Under the pieces are notes generated by a model. It was not told where the DNA came from. It was given only the letters and a program-made list of their open reading frames with translations, and ran no database searches. A program made the position numbers and the translations under genes. 60,030 nucleotides of DNA from a virus (Duplodnaviria; Caudoviricetes). The DNA is taken from the IMG/VR virus record IMGVR_UViG_3300040815_002799, positions 1-60,030 of that record; one strand, written 5' to 3'. This document shows, one piece after another, positions 40,601-48,594 of the stretch; within the stretch, counting starts at the first letter, position 1, and each line of letters starts with the position of its first letter.

Positions 40601-43176
40601 ATTTATCATCAGGAAATTACCAAGTAAAAGTAGTTGATAATCATTCATGTGAAAAAATTGATTATATAGACATTACTAGTTCAGGTGGTGTTGCATTTAC
40701 ACTAGAGACGACAAATACAGTAAATGGTAATGATGGTACTGTAGTTGCTGTTATTACTAGTGGTCAACCCCCATTTAGTTATCTTTGGAGTGATGAATCT
40801 ACGGGTAGTGCATTGTATAATAGAAACAGAGGTGATTATTCACTTACGATTACAGATTCTAACGGATGTTCTTTAACTAGACAGACATTCTTGGAAGGGA
40901 CTACACTAATTACTTCATCGAATTCTATTTCAATATGTTCAAACATATTCAGTGTCACTTCATCTACGAAGAGATCAATAAAAGATATGTACGATGAAGG
41001 ATTCATTGATGTCACTTATGGTGATACTGGATGTACATTGACTCAGGCACAATTTACTTGTATTATAGAAATTAGTGGTCCGGTATCGATAACTGAACAA
41101 GTAACATTTTATAATAGTACAGATTTAAATGATTATCCTTCAGATAATACATGGGTATCAAATATTTCACTTCTATTAGATAATATAGATGAAATCAAAG
41201 ATTATAACATTGATCTAGTATCTAATTTAATAACAATAAACTCAAGTTGTGATGGTGATGAAGATCCTCTAAGAGGTGCTAGTTTATCGTTAGATTTGAA
41301 AATTGATTATGATACAGAATGTGAATCTGTGGCGGATATGGTACCAATCGAAATTACTCCAAATGTTACAAATACTATGACACCAACCCATACTGTAACA
41401 CCGACAGCTACAAAATTACCATTAGTGAAAGCAGTATTGGCTCAAAATTGTTGTTCAGATGAAATAATAGGTCTAAGAGTTGAATCAAACTTATTACTTG
41501 GTGATGTCGTACTTTATCAATCCAATTGTTATGAATTAATTAATAATACACAAAATGATTCATTACCATTTGTTTCGAGTGTTATTTATACATCATGTAC
41601 TCAATGTTCAGTTGTAACAACTCAGTGTGTTACACCAACAAATACTTCAACACCTTCTAATACACCTACCTTTACTGTTACACAATCGAATACACCGACG
41701 AATACTGGTTCACCTACATTGACACCAACAAATACATTGACTTATACACCTACCTTTACTGAAACACCAACATATACACCAACTAATACTCCAACAATTA
41801 CTAATACCATAACTTCAACAATTAATAGTACACCAACATTTACACCTACAAATACTGAAACACCAACATTGACGCCGACTAATTCAGTTACACCAACTAA
41901 CACGCCAACCTATACTAGTACACCTAATGATACACCATCAGTAACAACTACACCGACTAATACTCCTACAGAAACCACTACCCAAACTCCAACAATTACC
42001 GAAACAAATCAGACGACACCAACAGTCACACCTACTAATACAAATACACCAACGTTGACATTGACTAATACATTGACGCCGACTAATACTATTACTAATA
42101 CTGAGACGTTGACTGTCACGCCAACTAACACAAATACTAATACACCAACGAATACAATAACACAAAGTTTAAGTCAAACATTGACATCAACGCCGACTCT
42201 AACACCGACATTTACTATGACACCAACTGAAACCTGGCCGTTAGAGACACCAGAACCAACGGCAACATATACTCCATCTAATACTATTTCACCCACTATG
42301 ACACCTTCATTCACAAGTACGCCGACATTCACTCCAACTATCACACAAACATTAGAATATGTTGGTATCATTCTAGAGGATGGATGTTGTGACCATGGAA
42401 ATGAAAACATCTTAGTCAATATTCCGGCTGGATTGATTGTAGGAAACGATGCAATATTTATTAGTGGTTCTTGTAGAACAATTGTGAATATATCAGATGC
42501 TCCGTACACTGGTTACGAATACATAAACCCATTAGTTTCTGACTTGTATGATACTTGTACTGATTGTAATAGTGATCATACTTGTCCGACTCCGACTCCA
42601 ACTAATACTCCGACATTCACAGTCACACCTACAATTACTATGACAAATACTATTACAAATACAAATACAATAACAGAAACACCGACACACACACCAACAG
42701 AAACATATGAGTTTAATAGTCCGACACCAACACCAACAACAACGATCACACCTACCTTAACTAGAACCAACCCAATTGTCCAACCTACTCCCTTCCCTAC
42801 TCAATCACCAAACGTTGATTTAGATATTTCTGAACTTGTAGGGGGTCTTGTAAACGTATTAGATGAGAATTTGATTGGTGGTGGTGGTACATATGATGGA
42901 ACATCAGATTTCTGGCCATATTCTAATTCTAATCCGTTCTTGGTGTATATACCCTCAAATTTAACACAGACTAACAATATTTTCGAAAAAGATGGTTGGT
43001 ATTTTGAATTACAAATTGCACCATTTAACCTTAGAAATGTACCACCAGAAGTAGAAAATATTATAAATAACTTAGAATATAATACTGGACAGTCTATATC
43101 GACAAACAATCGGATACTGGATGGTGAAACTTATATTGTGTTGACTCACTTCATTGGTAGGAGAAGTTCAGATTAA
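31648..43176 (+). CDS. Giant modular adhesin-like protein: ~14 Cys modules, Thr/Pro linkers, vWA, two inserted vWA-like domains, ~7 SprB-like repeats
   Basis: Repeated CC...CY...CxxC...CPTPTP; DQSGS MIDAS with IILITDG; GG..PF.Y...NL.PG.Y...V.D..GC repeats; no signal peptide visible. Confidence 0.85.
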   Translation: MADTGKIRFSFLYSDVGFNNPSALIGTNTGTANSDSLGGAQVDDTIVIGNVTHSIPIGSTIDGIEIFTTLGLGGIQNGIIYTRLALGINNPPTNLIHLEAVRDPVTEITIGGPTDTLGLTGLTTQNVSSLKLRYLVTSNTGTSNLNITGSTTSGSELPSIKIYYTLPSTPTPTITETPDKTPAVTATPATTQTPAKTSTPSVTPNETATPTPTADYWTVISCCDDSEGNRPLYRIAKSSWFQPASGTYQITNDSVIPDGCYTFTIALPVNPIYLGNSEFDGSAIGPISLGCLDPGLCACPTPTPTPTFTQTPAITSTNTVTPSVSKSSEPPFATPTPTESRNYDPSTIERSLFYFRTNACDATISDPILKISGTSDDARFILGKVVTFIDNLGHNFSATILGITRPHDDAYFVQTVHKTCLEAREFIDYYDDDISNMSFRVNPCGIVEVKETLLNITLSNTNPLYPFTHFDIGDSGSCYSFNSFYNPTGDTTGSTVVNKFNSCSECKRVQPTPTPTHTSTPTLTPTFTVTQTLTKTPAVTPTMTPTEQRTTYVAVNCCNESIDINVSAPVNTKKIFVFYDGTIQDKNKLKQASNQVREWYQSYIDKYQWQTGNLYETVIGNESSDANGENWLWWSVYPYLGSLSGGTLQDGTKINEFREVISGSTFIEGSCDSTKSTFRCAPFKTQVNDFDIIHQRINRGQDLEGGTGNTVSNGVPFSHLDLNQSLNSGIGIFDGGETNYLVITFIEESDGEIGMYHGQSSREELTTEPFVLQGNGWDINNNLEPSTRFKYDYDSYLEVWNDIVNKLSGDVSNVIYSVADDQESNFSFQLHNVAAIEGRTITSEEFKLKYGDDINDVGPQNLNFESLTDTNVYNELGNTGPFVNIIKPEQQVGGPGLRNFGFYTDPTLTGWGQSTFITTVGNKVDYLDRDGFIYLGTCYKFQRQSAVTPIVTINEDDIIFNVCENGECIPKLCPSPTPSPSKTIGFTPTNTPTFTVTPTNSSTPQSTPRVTGTPLLTPPSKLLPPTHVRFRGCDFTLPSYYYPYAEWLANGSPQYIFLPGGNGYTFSNGSAVNITFPPKCMQLINTNVISGSGMYPVPDESFIRCIDCENWVADNAPTPTTTPTQTPTPSYKWITFGRCCDDVLFRFPVIQSELISLFPNSGFYYDGDCYYWKNSIDGLPGTVINYPVNDLSGSGSNPFCDSSTCSTYAPCPTSTPTPTPTLTVTVTNTSTPPVSYYKINPRSCCEQKYEFPNGLFISDTVPEGYVFVYEGSEYPSLSGKCFEAIYDPNVNPTEYVLISETETRERCEQCDEIRGESCPTPTPTPTQTITATPDICADQDIVILIDQSGSIGSQSNFDFLTDGVIEIANSLETRMDAGEVQLAAYKWSSCSIDKIELLSDLTSNHTDFVNAVDGTSWDLGFTYASKPLELAYNLLSGSTNTNARKNIILITDGVLSDFDTIPSCTELDDPIYTTSQLASLLKIGQYGNGEEVKIYTVNVINGSNSQLNSLSSGDDYQFYASSFVDFENVTSNLLVDRVCNIKPDFGDTSYWRADSCCSSKTIVVAYSGSPNSNDGFIFNGECYVISGLLSSDSVPDHTILSTDIISNACSNTELCSCGRVLYFQLENCCDPSDVITIGYTNGSPVLNSGIEYDKKCYKYDGRPGFIDDSVVILDSTVLDVCNTNGCICPSPTPTHTETPTQTVTPTHTITPTFTITNTQTITETPTYTPTNTDTPSITPTFTPTHTITNTLTPTPTLTRPTNFVIYELSGVCESTTLILFVSDNVQVGNFIEYSGKCYSVLGYSTDIPTDTLNVDNNEIYFTENQCTSKYSCVTPTPTPTNTVTQTPTIDNTPDVTPTQTQTLTATKPTVVATIQSCCSGGTTYQISVVQGSTIGQSLLYSGSCFNIISLPEGPTTGLVYYDLPYSDCTSCANANGVCPTNTPTKTPEVTLTPTFTPNLSPAVTSTPTQTKPIDAWLAKNCCDGNDTLYVNLPENPQKVYVFYDGTFLNDSQLKSASENIRSWYQGKVIDDELAPDFLYEGVIGNEDNNGENWLWFASYPYLGSLSAGTVNGNQIKAFGVDGESEIHSKYDARWCSSDDNGKCVPKTPSFNLSETGVTVSDIYKRVTFGYQLEGTYGVNDPRSNGIPFTPESGQEDTFETVYGNFAGEETNYIVIIVTNQSSGEVGLYHGSTSDEGGGSARKSDLYNHGFRLDGQGWQNELTELSGIGQYFEPTDRFTHDYETYLKVFEQIKTSGGTPNVFVYPVSEDKREVVPFTQHIVAAVEGGVITDGDFETKYGSSIYNVGINNLSLQELTENNPYSALSLNQTYLDLNISYQKGPGLRNFNVFVDPNVTNYSLTSITSSLDKLIDQVGYQSGYGFIYGGKCYYIDSPTNAVPTHEPTSSDIISNICSYSGCPTCIPQGCYSGITTGVEHSYYDCCNGVLITGTTAGNNVCINTALPYSGVDVTGLNPCVPDCLSGFTVTTAITGTCENPGQGIISIQANGGLQPFTIIPQGPSYPTLTGSQLFDQIIIYENLSPGVYGFTVNDSRGGSTFVSLSVDGCVTVEISQVTNTTCGLNNGSFTGQTNGANLPLVAQIYKDGNLFNTIDVSNVQFVVTNLSPASYEIRLFDTFENLLAESGTITVNDSNNITYDLIPSGIPQCNITGGTLTVSNIIGVPPFTYSSSNGDTGTTSDTSFILSGFSQGSQSISITGSNDCSLFKNVIFTGIGLVNLVNPIISNNVCLECDGSITFRITGGTAQYQTKLDQGDFIQQTGHTDEKLYSYTGICPGNHTITIKDSLGCTSNGYNFTVQDTGGLNGVSISTTQPSCGNLASFDIQISAEFTQNQTLFRFFGICNQIGDNVGTTVFDQVSFNPQYQINNLSPGEWSITAGTINNTTDKEFICPYNELINVEDIGAPFPLILEGTNTSCGQNNGSIVVRLFNNLFELLNGLIAVPVDYFIYDEAGNIIYQKINTGDAQITVNNLSSGNYQVKVVDNHSCEKIDYIDITSSGGVAFTLETTNTVNGNDGTVVAVITSGQPPFSYLWSDESTGSALYNRNRGDYSLTITDSNGCSLTRQTFLEGTTLITSSNSISICSNIFSVTSSTKRSIKDMYDEGFIDVTYGDTGCTLTQAQFTCIIEISGPVSITEQVTFYNSTDLNDYPSDNTWVSNISLLLDNIDEIKDYNIDLVSNLITINSSCDGDEDPLRGASLSLDLKIDYDTECESVADMVPIEITPNVTNTMTPTHTVTPTATKLPLVKAVLAQNCCSDEIIGLRVESNLLLGDVVLYQSNCYELINNTQNDSLPFVSSVIYTSCTQCSVVTTQCVTPTNTSTPSNTPTFTVTQSNTPTNTGSPTLTPTNTLTYTPTFTETPTYTPTNTPTITNTITSTINSTPTFTPTNTETPTLTPTNSVTPTNTPTYTSTPNDTPSVTTTPTNTPTETTTQTPTITETNQTTPTVTPTNTNTPTLTLTNTLTPTNTITNTETLTVTPTNTNTNTPTNTITQSLSQTLTSTPTLTPTFTMTPTETWPLETPEPTATYTPSNTISPTMTPSFTSTPTFTPTITQTLEYVGIILEDGCCDHGNENILVNIPAGLIVGNDAIFISGSCRTIVNISDAPYTGYEYINPLVSDLYDTCTDCNSDHTCPTPTPTNTPTFTVTPTITMTNTITNTNTITETPTHTPTETYEFNSPTPTPTTTITPTLTRTNPIVQPTPFPTQSPNVDLDISELVGGLVNVLDENLIGGGGTYDGTSDFWPYSNSNPFLVYIPSNLTQTNNIFEKDGWYFELQIAPFNLRNVPPEVENIINNLEYNTGQSISTNNRILDGETYIVLTHFIGRRSSD
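35659..36260 (+). other. von Willebrand factor A domain (approximate bounds)
   Basis: DIVILIDQSGS (DxSxS at 35683-35697), GFTY, KNIILITDG, IYTVNV, QLNSLSS. Confidence 0.85.
39085..40880 (+). repeat. About seven tandem SprB-like repeats (protein level)
   Basis: Units such as TCGLNNGS...NLSPASY, CLECDGSITFRITGGT...TITIKDSLGC, GNDGTV...SGQPPFSYLWSD...YSLTITDSNGC. Confidence 0.75.
41630..42350 (+). repeat. Mucin-like Thr/Pro/Asn low-complexity coding tract (~240 aa)
   Basis: Continuous TPT(N/F/Y)T-type degenerate repeats encoded by varied ACN/CCN codons. Confidence 0.9.
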
Positions 43177-43180
43177 AAGG

Positions 43181-43187
43181 TATTTAT
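43181..43187 (+). promoter_or_regulatory. TATTTAT motif, putative late promoter
   Basis: Occupies the 15-nt gap, 4 nt before ATG 43192. Confidence 0.55.
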
Positions 43188-43191
43188 CAAT

Positions 43192-46100
43192 ATGAGTGTA
43201 TTTGGAAATAACCGTAACACAGTTTTTTTATCTGGTGTATCTACAGGATTTGTTTATAAATTTTTTGGATTAAATTACATATATCCTGGGTCAGACATTA
43301 TCACCCGTGATAGTGATATAATTGGAAAAGTTGGTCAATATTTAAGAGGGGACTTTTACATTAGTGGTTTTCCAGGTTCAATGTGGATTCGAGGATCAGA
43401 CGCATATTCTGAACCAATATTAGATGGGACAGAAAAAGTAGTTCTAGGTGAAACCTTGTTTAAAATTATATCAAAGGATGAATATGAGGAGAATGAATGG
43501 AATCAGTGGTCTTATTATTTTTCGATTGCTAGAGTTGGTAGGAGTGAAGATCCGTATAATAATATAATAAACCATAAAATTGATTATGTCACAGAATCTT
43601 TTGTATTAGATAGTATAAAAAAATTCGATCAGCCTAGAGTTATAAATCACTTGATAGATATTGACAAAGTAGTTGTTGAAAGGTTCACGGATCCTGATGA
43701 GTGTATCGCAAAATTTGTAGAAATCGGTGAGATAGTAAAAGAAAAATTTAATAATTCTTATACTGGATATTCCTATAATTATCAAATTAGATTACACACC
43801 GATGACGCCATATTAAATAATGGAGATGATCAGAATCAATATATATTAGATGGTACTGGAAACTTCCCATTGAATTTACATCCAATGGTTAGATCTAGGG
43901 AATACTATAAACCGACGGGAGGACTATTCAATTCAACGGGTGCTCATTATCAAACTCTAGTAACCCACTTTTTCGATTTTTATTTTGGTTTTGGAAATGA
44001 ATTTGCCCCATGGAGTGTTTTAGATATTGTTGGTAGTAAAGATAATGATCCTGAAATTGATATACTTGAAGAATTTTATGCTAATGTTATTATTCATGAA
44101 TTAGGACACAGTTTAGGTCTAGATCATAGCTTTACAAATATACAAGGAGGGTGGGATGATATAAATCCAACTTTGGTGCAAGATGGTATAGATAATTTAA
44201 GAAGAACGATAGGTAATAATAATTTTAAAAAACCTACATTCAAAAATGGTAATTTATTCCTAGCATATTCCGGGGAAAGTATAGGGAAATCCGCAATAAT
44301 GTCTTATAGTATTGACCCTGCACCTGGGTTTTCATGTCCTTATAATGTGAATAACTTATTGGATACTAACTATGATATTTTCTCTGGATCTAGTCTACAC
44401 CGAGATTGGCCATATAATCTACAAAAAATGGGTACAATTTTCTTGAATGCTGGACGGTCCCAAAATCACGAATATATAAGAGAAATAGACGGGGCAGGTC
44501 TTTTAGTATATTCAGGAATGAATTTAAATATCTTTAACTATATAGATGATTCTGAATTTTCTGAGGGTGAAATCACAGGATTAACATTAAATTTTACAGG
44601 GTTGACTGGTCTTGATTCTAAACTTAGACCTTCTATTGATAGGGACTATAATTTTGATCCAAATGATAATATATGGACTGATAGAATGACTTATAAAATT
44701 CAAATCTATAATGATGATATAAGTTCAGGGATTACGGTTTATGAAAAAACAACACCAGTATCACCATCACCTCCAGAACTTACAGGTATAACTCAAACAA
44801 TAAGTGTTGATATTACAGGTACAACATTGAGTGAAATTCTAAATAATATTATTGATTATACACAACTGTCAACAAATGGTATAAGAATAGAATATTTGTC
44901 TGGAATTTATGAAATTCAGCAAAATGAATTTATAGGTACAGGGGCTAATGTATTATTAGAGATTCAAGATTTAAATCTAGAAATATTAACTACTGGAGGT
45001 ACAGTAACTAGAAAGGGAAGAAAATATAATAATATTTGGACAGGTGATACAAAAGTACAAAGAGTGGGTATTGAGATTCCGACAAATACAGGGTTCACTT
45101 CATATGAAGTTAAAGGTACGGAATTCGCTTTAAAAACATGGGATAACTTCTTCCAAATAAATAAAGTTGATAGATCTTTTAATGATATCCTATATTCTAT
45201 TTATGAATTTGATGATGAAGTCAGACTAGTAATCACAAATCTAAAAACAGATGAAATCACAGACAGAGATGTGTCATTTTTCAAATTAGACGGTTATTAC
45301 ATACAAGATTTTACAACATATTATAATTCAGACTCCGATATTAATATAGTTTTACTTTATAATCTGACAACTTCTGCTCAAGACTCACATTTTGTAATTA
45401 AGTATAAAGTTTTTGATTATAAAGAAGGGCAAATTTCGAGATTTCCCGAAAAAACAGTAACAGTAATTAATGACAGTAATATTGATATAAATGCAGATCT
45501 AAGAACAATTGATTATAATAAAAATAATGAAGTAGTTTGTGGAGTCGGATTTTTTGGGGCATTTTTTATTAGTATTAATATATCTGGACTTGATAGTGAA
45601 GTTATAAGGTATAGTGAAAATGACACTAATGTAGAACTTGTACCAATTGCGATTTCTAAAGGAGGTAATAGGTATAGAAGATTCACTTTAGGTGATAGAG
45701 AATTTTATTATCATTTCGATCAAAAAAATAAATATAGAGCACCGGCTTTAGGTCTAAATTATTTTAGGGCGGCAACCACATTCACTCAAAGTGATGGTAA
45801 TGCTTTTTCTCTTTATTTATCAGATATTTTACAAAACCTCTATGATCCAGAAGATTATGATATAGTTTATGGTCCAACTTTTTCGATAATGGATCTATTC
45901 CTTTACATTTGGCCTGAAGATAATTTTGTTACTATAAATCTTATATTTTCTAATGGTGATATACTTAAAATTGATGGAAATCGACCCGATAAATTTAGTT
46001 TAGACCCGGTCAATTATTCTATTGTTAGGAATTACAATGATAAATTAAGGGGTTTAGATCCAAGATACGGAGGGATTCCGGTCAACACAAAAAAGTGGAC

Positions 46101-47916
46101 AGGATACGAAGAGTATTATACTGAAATGGGACTCGGTTATTTATATTTAAGTGGTCTAACCTCTGAATATACATATGTACTACCAAAAGAAAACGTAATA
46201 GGTCATTATACCGATAATGAAGGTGTCATACAATTACCATTCAATGTTGGTGATACTATATCAGGGGTAACATATATTAATTCAGACGATGGATTATCAT
46301 CAGGTTCAAATTATCCGGGAGATAGAAACAATTTTTATAATGATAGAAATCCAGTTGAAAATGTAGAAAAAGTATTTAGAGTAATAAGTAACTCGGATTT
46401 CAACTCTAGTCCTATAGGTCAATATTATGGGCAATATGGTATATATATACCTGTCGTAAGTGGTAGTAGTACAAATAGCAGTTTTCCTCAAGGTTCTATT
46501 GAATATGAATTCGAACAAGTACCCTATGGTACAGAATTCCCAATTGCTGAATTTACCGGTACTATAAAAATCTCTCTCATGTTCGATGTAGTTAACTACG
46601 GGTCAGATTTTGAGTTTGAGTCTTTGACTCAAGCTCAATATCATGCGGACTATTTTAGTTCAGAGCTAGAATCAATTCTTAACACTCAAGAATTTGATTT
46701 TAACTTTGAAGTTAATTATGAGATTGTGGATACAAATCATAGTTTATATTCAGTATTTCAAAATAGTTCTTCTTTGACTGAATTAATAAATTATTTTTCT
46801 AATATTGGTGGTGTACAGGCATATAATGGTAATCACTACTTATTAAGAATGTGTGGTAGTGGTACCGCACAAGTCAATGGTCAAAGCGGAGGACAAATGC
46901 AAATTCAAAACCCAATTGGAAGAGTTGGTATTATAAGCATTGTAAGTTACCCTCCAAAAATTTTAGAAACTACATTACACGAATTGGGACATGGTTTTGG
47001 TTTAAGACATTCTTTTGATCCTGTATGGGGTTCGGTTTTTGATGATCTTGATACGGATTATTTGGATCCAGGAGGAAATTTTCCGGCTGAGATGCAAGGA
47101 CAACAATGTTGTGGATTTGGAAATCAAATTACACCATATTCTGATGAATATACAGGTGATGACAGTAAAAGTTTAAGTATAATGTCCTATGGAAAATTTC
47201 TTGTAGACGAATTTTCCAGTCCTGTAAATTCAGGATTAATTCTTCAAAATTCCAAATTTATTTGGGATAATTATAGCAATACCGAAGAATATCAACAATA
47301 CTATAAATATACCTTTTTGATAGGTGACTGTAATGTTTTTTATCATAAATTTTTAAATGATAACGAAATCACGGAATCTAATAATTTATCTAGTATAAAA
47401 TTGACGTTTAGAACACCTCAATTTATATCTGGTATTGAAAACGAAATTTTATTATCTAATTCAGGAGGTACAAAAACCATCCAAGTTGTTGGTCCAAATG
47501 AACCTACGACTGATACCGTTCAAACTATTATAATTTCGGGTAGTTCGTTGCAATCAGTCTTTGAAATAACAAACCAGGAATCATTTGGTGTAAAGTTAAC
47601 AAGGAGTGCAACGACTGGACAACTATGGATCATTGAAAAAGAAGAGCTTAAAATAGAATTTATATTAGAAGATGGGACTTCATTTACACGTTTACCTGAT
47701 GATTGTTTTACTATTAGTAGAAATGAAGAAATAATTAGGAATTATGTGACAACAGATGAATCCACACGTAATTTACTCACATATTACGCCGAACAAGAAA
47801 ATCCTTCAGTTTTCTACTTAACGTCTAAAATTAGAAAAATTATGGGGTATAATTCATATGAAAGATCTCTAATTAATAAACATATTAATTATAAAATACA
47901 AAACTATTTGATATGA
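43192..47916 (+). CDS. Tandem double metzincin zinc-metalloprotease protein
   Basis: HELGHSLGLDH (44095-44127) with AIMSY Met-turn; HELGHGFGLRH (46978-47010) with SIMSY Met-turn. Confidence 0.85.
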   Translation: MSVFGNNRNTVFLSGVSTGFVYKFFGLNYIYPGSDIITRDSDIIGKVGQYLRGDFYISGFPGSMWIRGSDAYSEPILDGTEKVVLGETLFKIISKDEYEENEWNQWSYYFSIARVGRSEDPYNNIINHKIDYVTESFVLDSIKKFDQPRVINHLIDIDKVVVERFTDPDECIAKFVEIGEIVKEKFNNSYTGYSYNYQIRLHTDDAILNNGDDQNQYILDGTGNFPLNLHPMVRSREYYKPTGGLFNSTGAHYQTLVTHFFDFYFGFGNEFAPWSVLDIVGSKDNDPEIDILEEFYANVIIHELGHSLGLDHSFTNIQGGWDDINPTLVQDGIDNLRRTIGNNNFKKPTFKNGNLFLAYSGESIGKSAIMSYSIDPAPGFSCPYNVNNLLDTNYDIFSGSSLHRDWPYNLQKMGTIFLNAGRSQNHEYIREIDGAGLLVYSGMNLNIFNYIDDSEFSEGEITGLTLNFTGLTGLDSKLRPSIDRDYNFDPNDNIWTDRMTYKIQIYNDDISSGITVYEKTTPVSPSPPELTGITQTISVDITGTTLSEILNNIIDYTQLSTNGIRIEYLSGIYEIQQNEFIGTGANVLLEIQDLNLEILTTGGTVTRKGRKYNNIWTGDTKVQRVGIEIPTNTGFTSYEVKGTEFALKTWDNFFQINKVDRSFNDILYSIYEFDDEVRLVITNLKTDEITDRDVSFFKLDGYYIQDFTTYYNSDSDINIVLLYNLTTSAQDSHFVIKYKVFDYKEGQISRFPEKTVTVINDSNIDINADLRTIDYNKNNEVVCGVGFFGAFFISINISGLDSEVIRYSENDTNVELVPIAISKGGNRYRRFTLGDREFYYHFDQKNKYRAPALGLNYFRAATTFTQSDGNAFSLYLSDILQNLYDPEDYDIVYGPTFSIMDLFLYIWPEDNFVTINLIFSNGDILKIDGNRPDKFSLDPVNYSIVRNYNDKLRGLDPRYGGIPVNTKKWTGYEEYYTEMGLGYLYLSGLTSEYTYVLPKENVIGHYTDNEGVIQLPFNVGDTISGVTYINSDDGLSSGSNYPGDRNNFYNDRNPVENVEKVFRVISNSDFNSSPIGQYYGQYGIYIPVVSGSSTNSSFPQGSIEYEFEQVPYGTEFPIAEFTGTIKISLMFDVVNYGSDFEFESLTQAQYHADYFSSELESILNTQEFDFNFEVNYEIVDTNHSLYSVFQNSSSLTELINYFSNIGGVQAYNGNHYLLRMCGSGTAQVNGQSGGQMQIQNPIGRVGIISIVSYPPKILETTLHELGHGFGLRHSFDPVWGSVFDDLDTDYLDPGGNFPAEMQGQQCCGFGNQITPYSDEYTGDDSKSLSIMSYGKFLVDEFSSPVNSGLILQNSKFIWDNYSNTEEYQQYYKYTFLIGDCNVFYHKFLNDNEITESNNLSSIKLTFRTPQFISGIENEILLSNSGGTKTIQVVGPNEPTTDTVQTIIISGSSLQSVFEITNQESFGVKLTRSATTGQLWIIEKEELKIEFILEDGTSFTRLPDDCFTISRNEEIIRNYVTTDESTRNLLTYYAEQENPSVFYLTSKIRKIMGYNSYERSLINKHINYKIQNYLI

Positions 47917-48248
47917 TAGAAATTATAACAAATAATTTATCCGAAGGTAAAACTACAGGGAGAAGTAAATACGATTCTCAATCAGATGGTGCAGGTACAT
48001 TTCTATTTAATGGAAAAAGTACTAAAGCACAATTTAAAAATAAAACAAAAAATGGGAGAAATTTTATTTTGGTTAATCAGTTTGACAAAAAAAATTCATC
48101 TTTTATTGTTTACGAAGACGATACATTTATAGGTGTTATAGATGGTGCAACCTATTTGTCTAGGTATGGACTCACACAGGAATCACAACCACCTCCACCT
48201 GACAATGATTATTTAAATTTTAAATGTGACACAATTTATATACCATAA
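47913..48248 (+). CDS. Small protein, candidate free-standing metzincin pro-domain
   Basis: 111 aa, ATGA-coupled to the protease gene; single Cys near the C-terminus (NDYLNFKCDT). Confidence 0.65.
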   Translation: MIEIITNNLSEGKTTGRSKYDSQSDGAGTFLFNGKSTKAQFKNKTKNGRNFILVNQFDKKNSSFIVYEDDTFIGVIDGATYLSRYGLTQESQPPPPDNDYLNFKCDTIYIP

Positions 48249-48261
48249 AAAAAAACAAATA

Positions 48262-48268
48262 TATTTAT
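48262..48268 (+). promoter_or_regulatory. TATTTAT motif, putative late promoter
   Basis: 5 nt before ATG 48274. Confidence 0.55.
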
Positions 48269-48273
48269 AAAAA

Positions 48274-48591
48274 ATGATCATTATAGAAAGAAACTTATCA
48301 ACAATTAAATTTGAAATTTCGGATTCTAATTCAGGAACGGTTAGATTAAATAACCAATTATATACTGGATCAGACCTTAAATATAAGGTTTTAAATGTTT
48401 CAGGTAACGTAATTAAAAAGTATGAAGTCGCAAATCTAAAATTTAGTATTATGAATAATAAAGTTTTTGGTAAAAGTATTTATAATCATGTATTCAAAGG
48501 TGCTATAGGAGAAACTTTGAAATACAGTATACCGGAGATAAATAATGACTTTCTTAATGGAATGATTAACATTTGTGGACACGAACACTAA
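48274..48591 (+). CDS. Small protein, apparent paralog of 47913-48248; candidate pro-domain
   Basis: 105 aa, ends 3 nt before the next protease-bearing gene; single Cys near the C-terminus (NDFLNGMINICGHEH). Confidence 0.65.
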   Translation: MIIIERNLSTIKFEISDSNSGTVRLNNQLYTGSDLKYKVLNVSGNVIKKYEVANLKFSIMNNKVFGKSIYNHVFKGAIGETLKYSIPEINNDFLNGMINICGHEH

Positions 48592-48594
48592 AGT

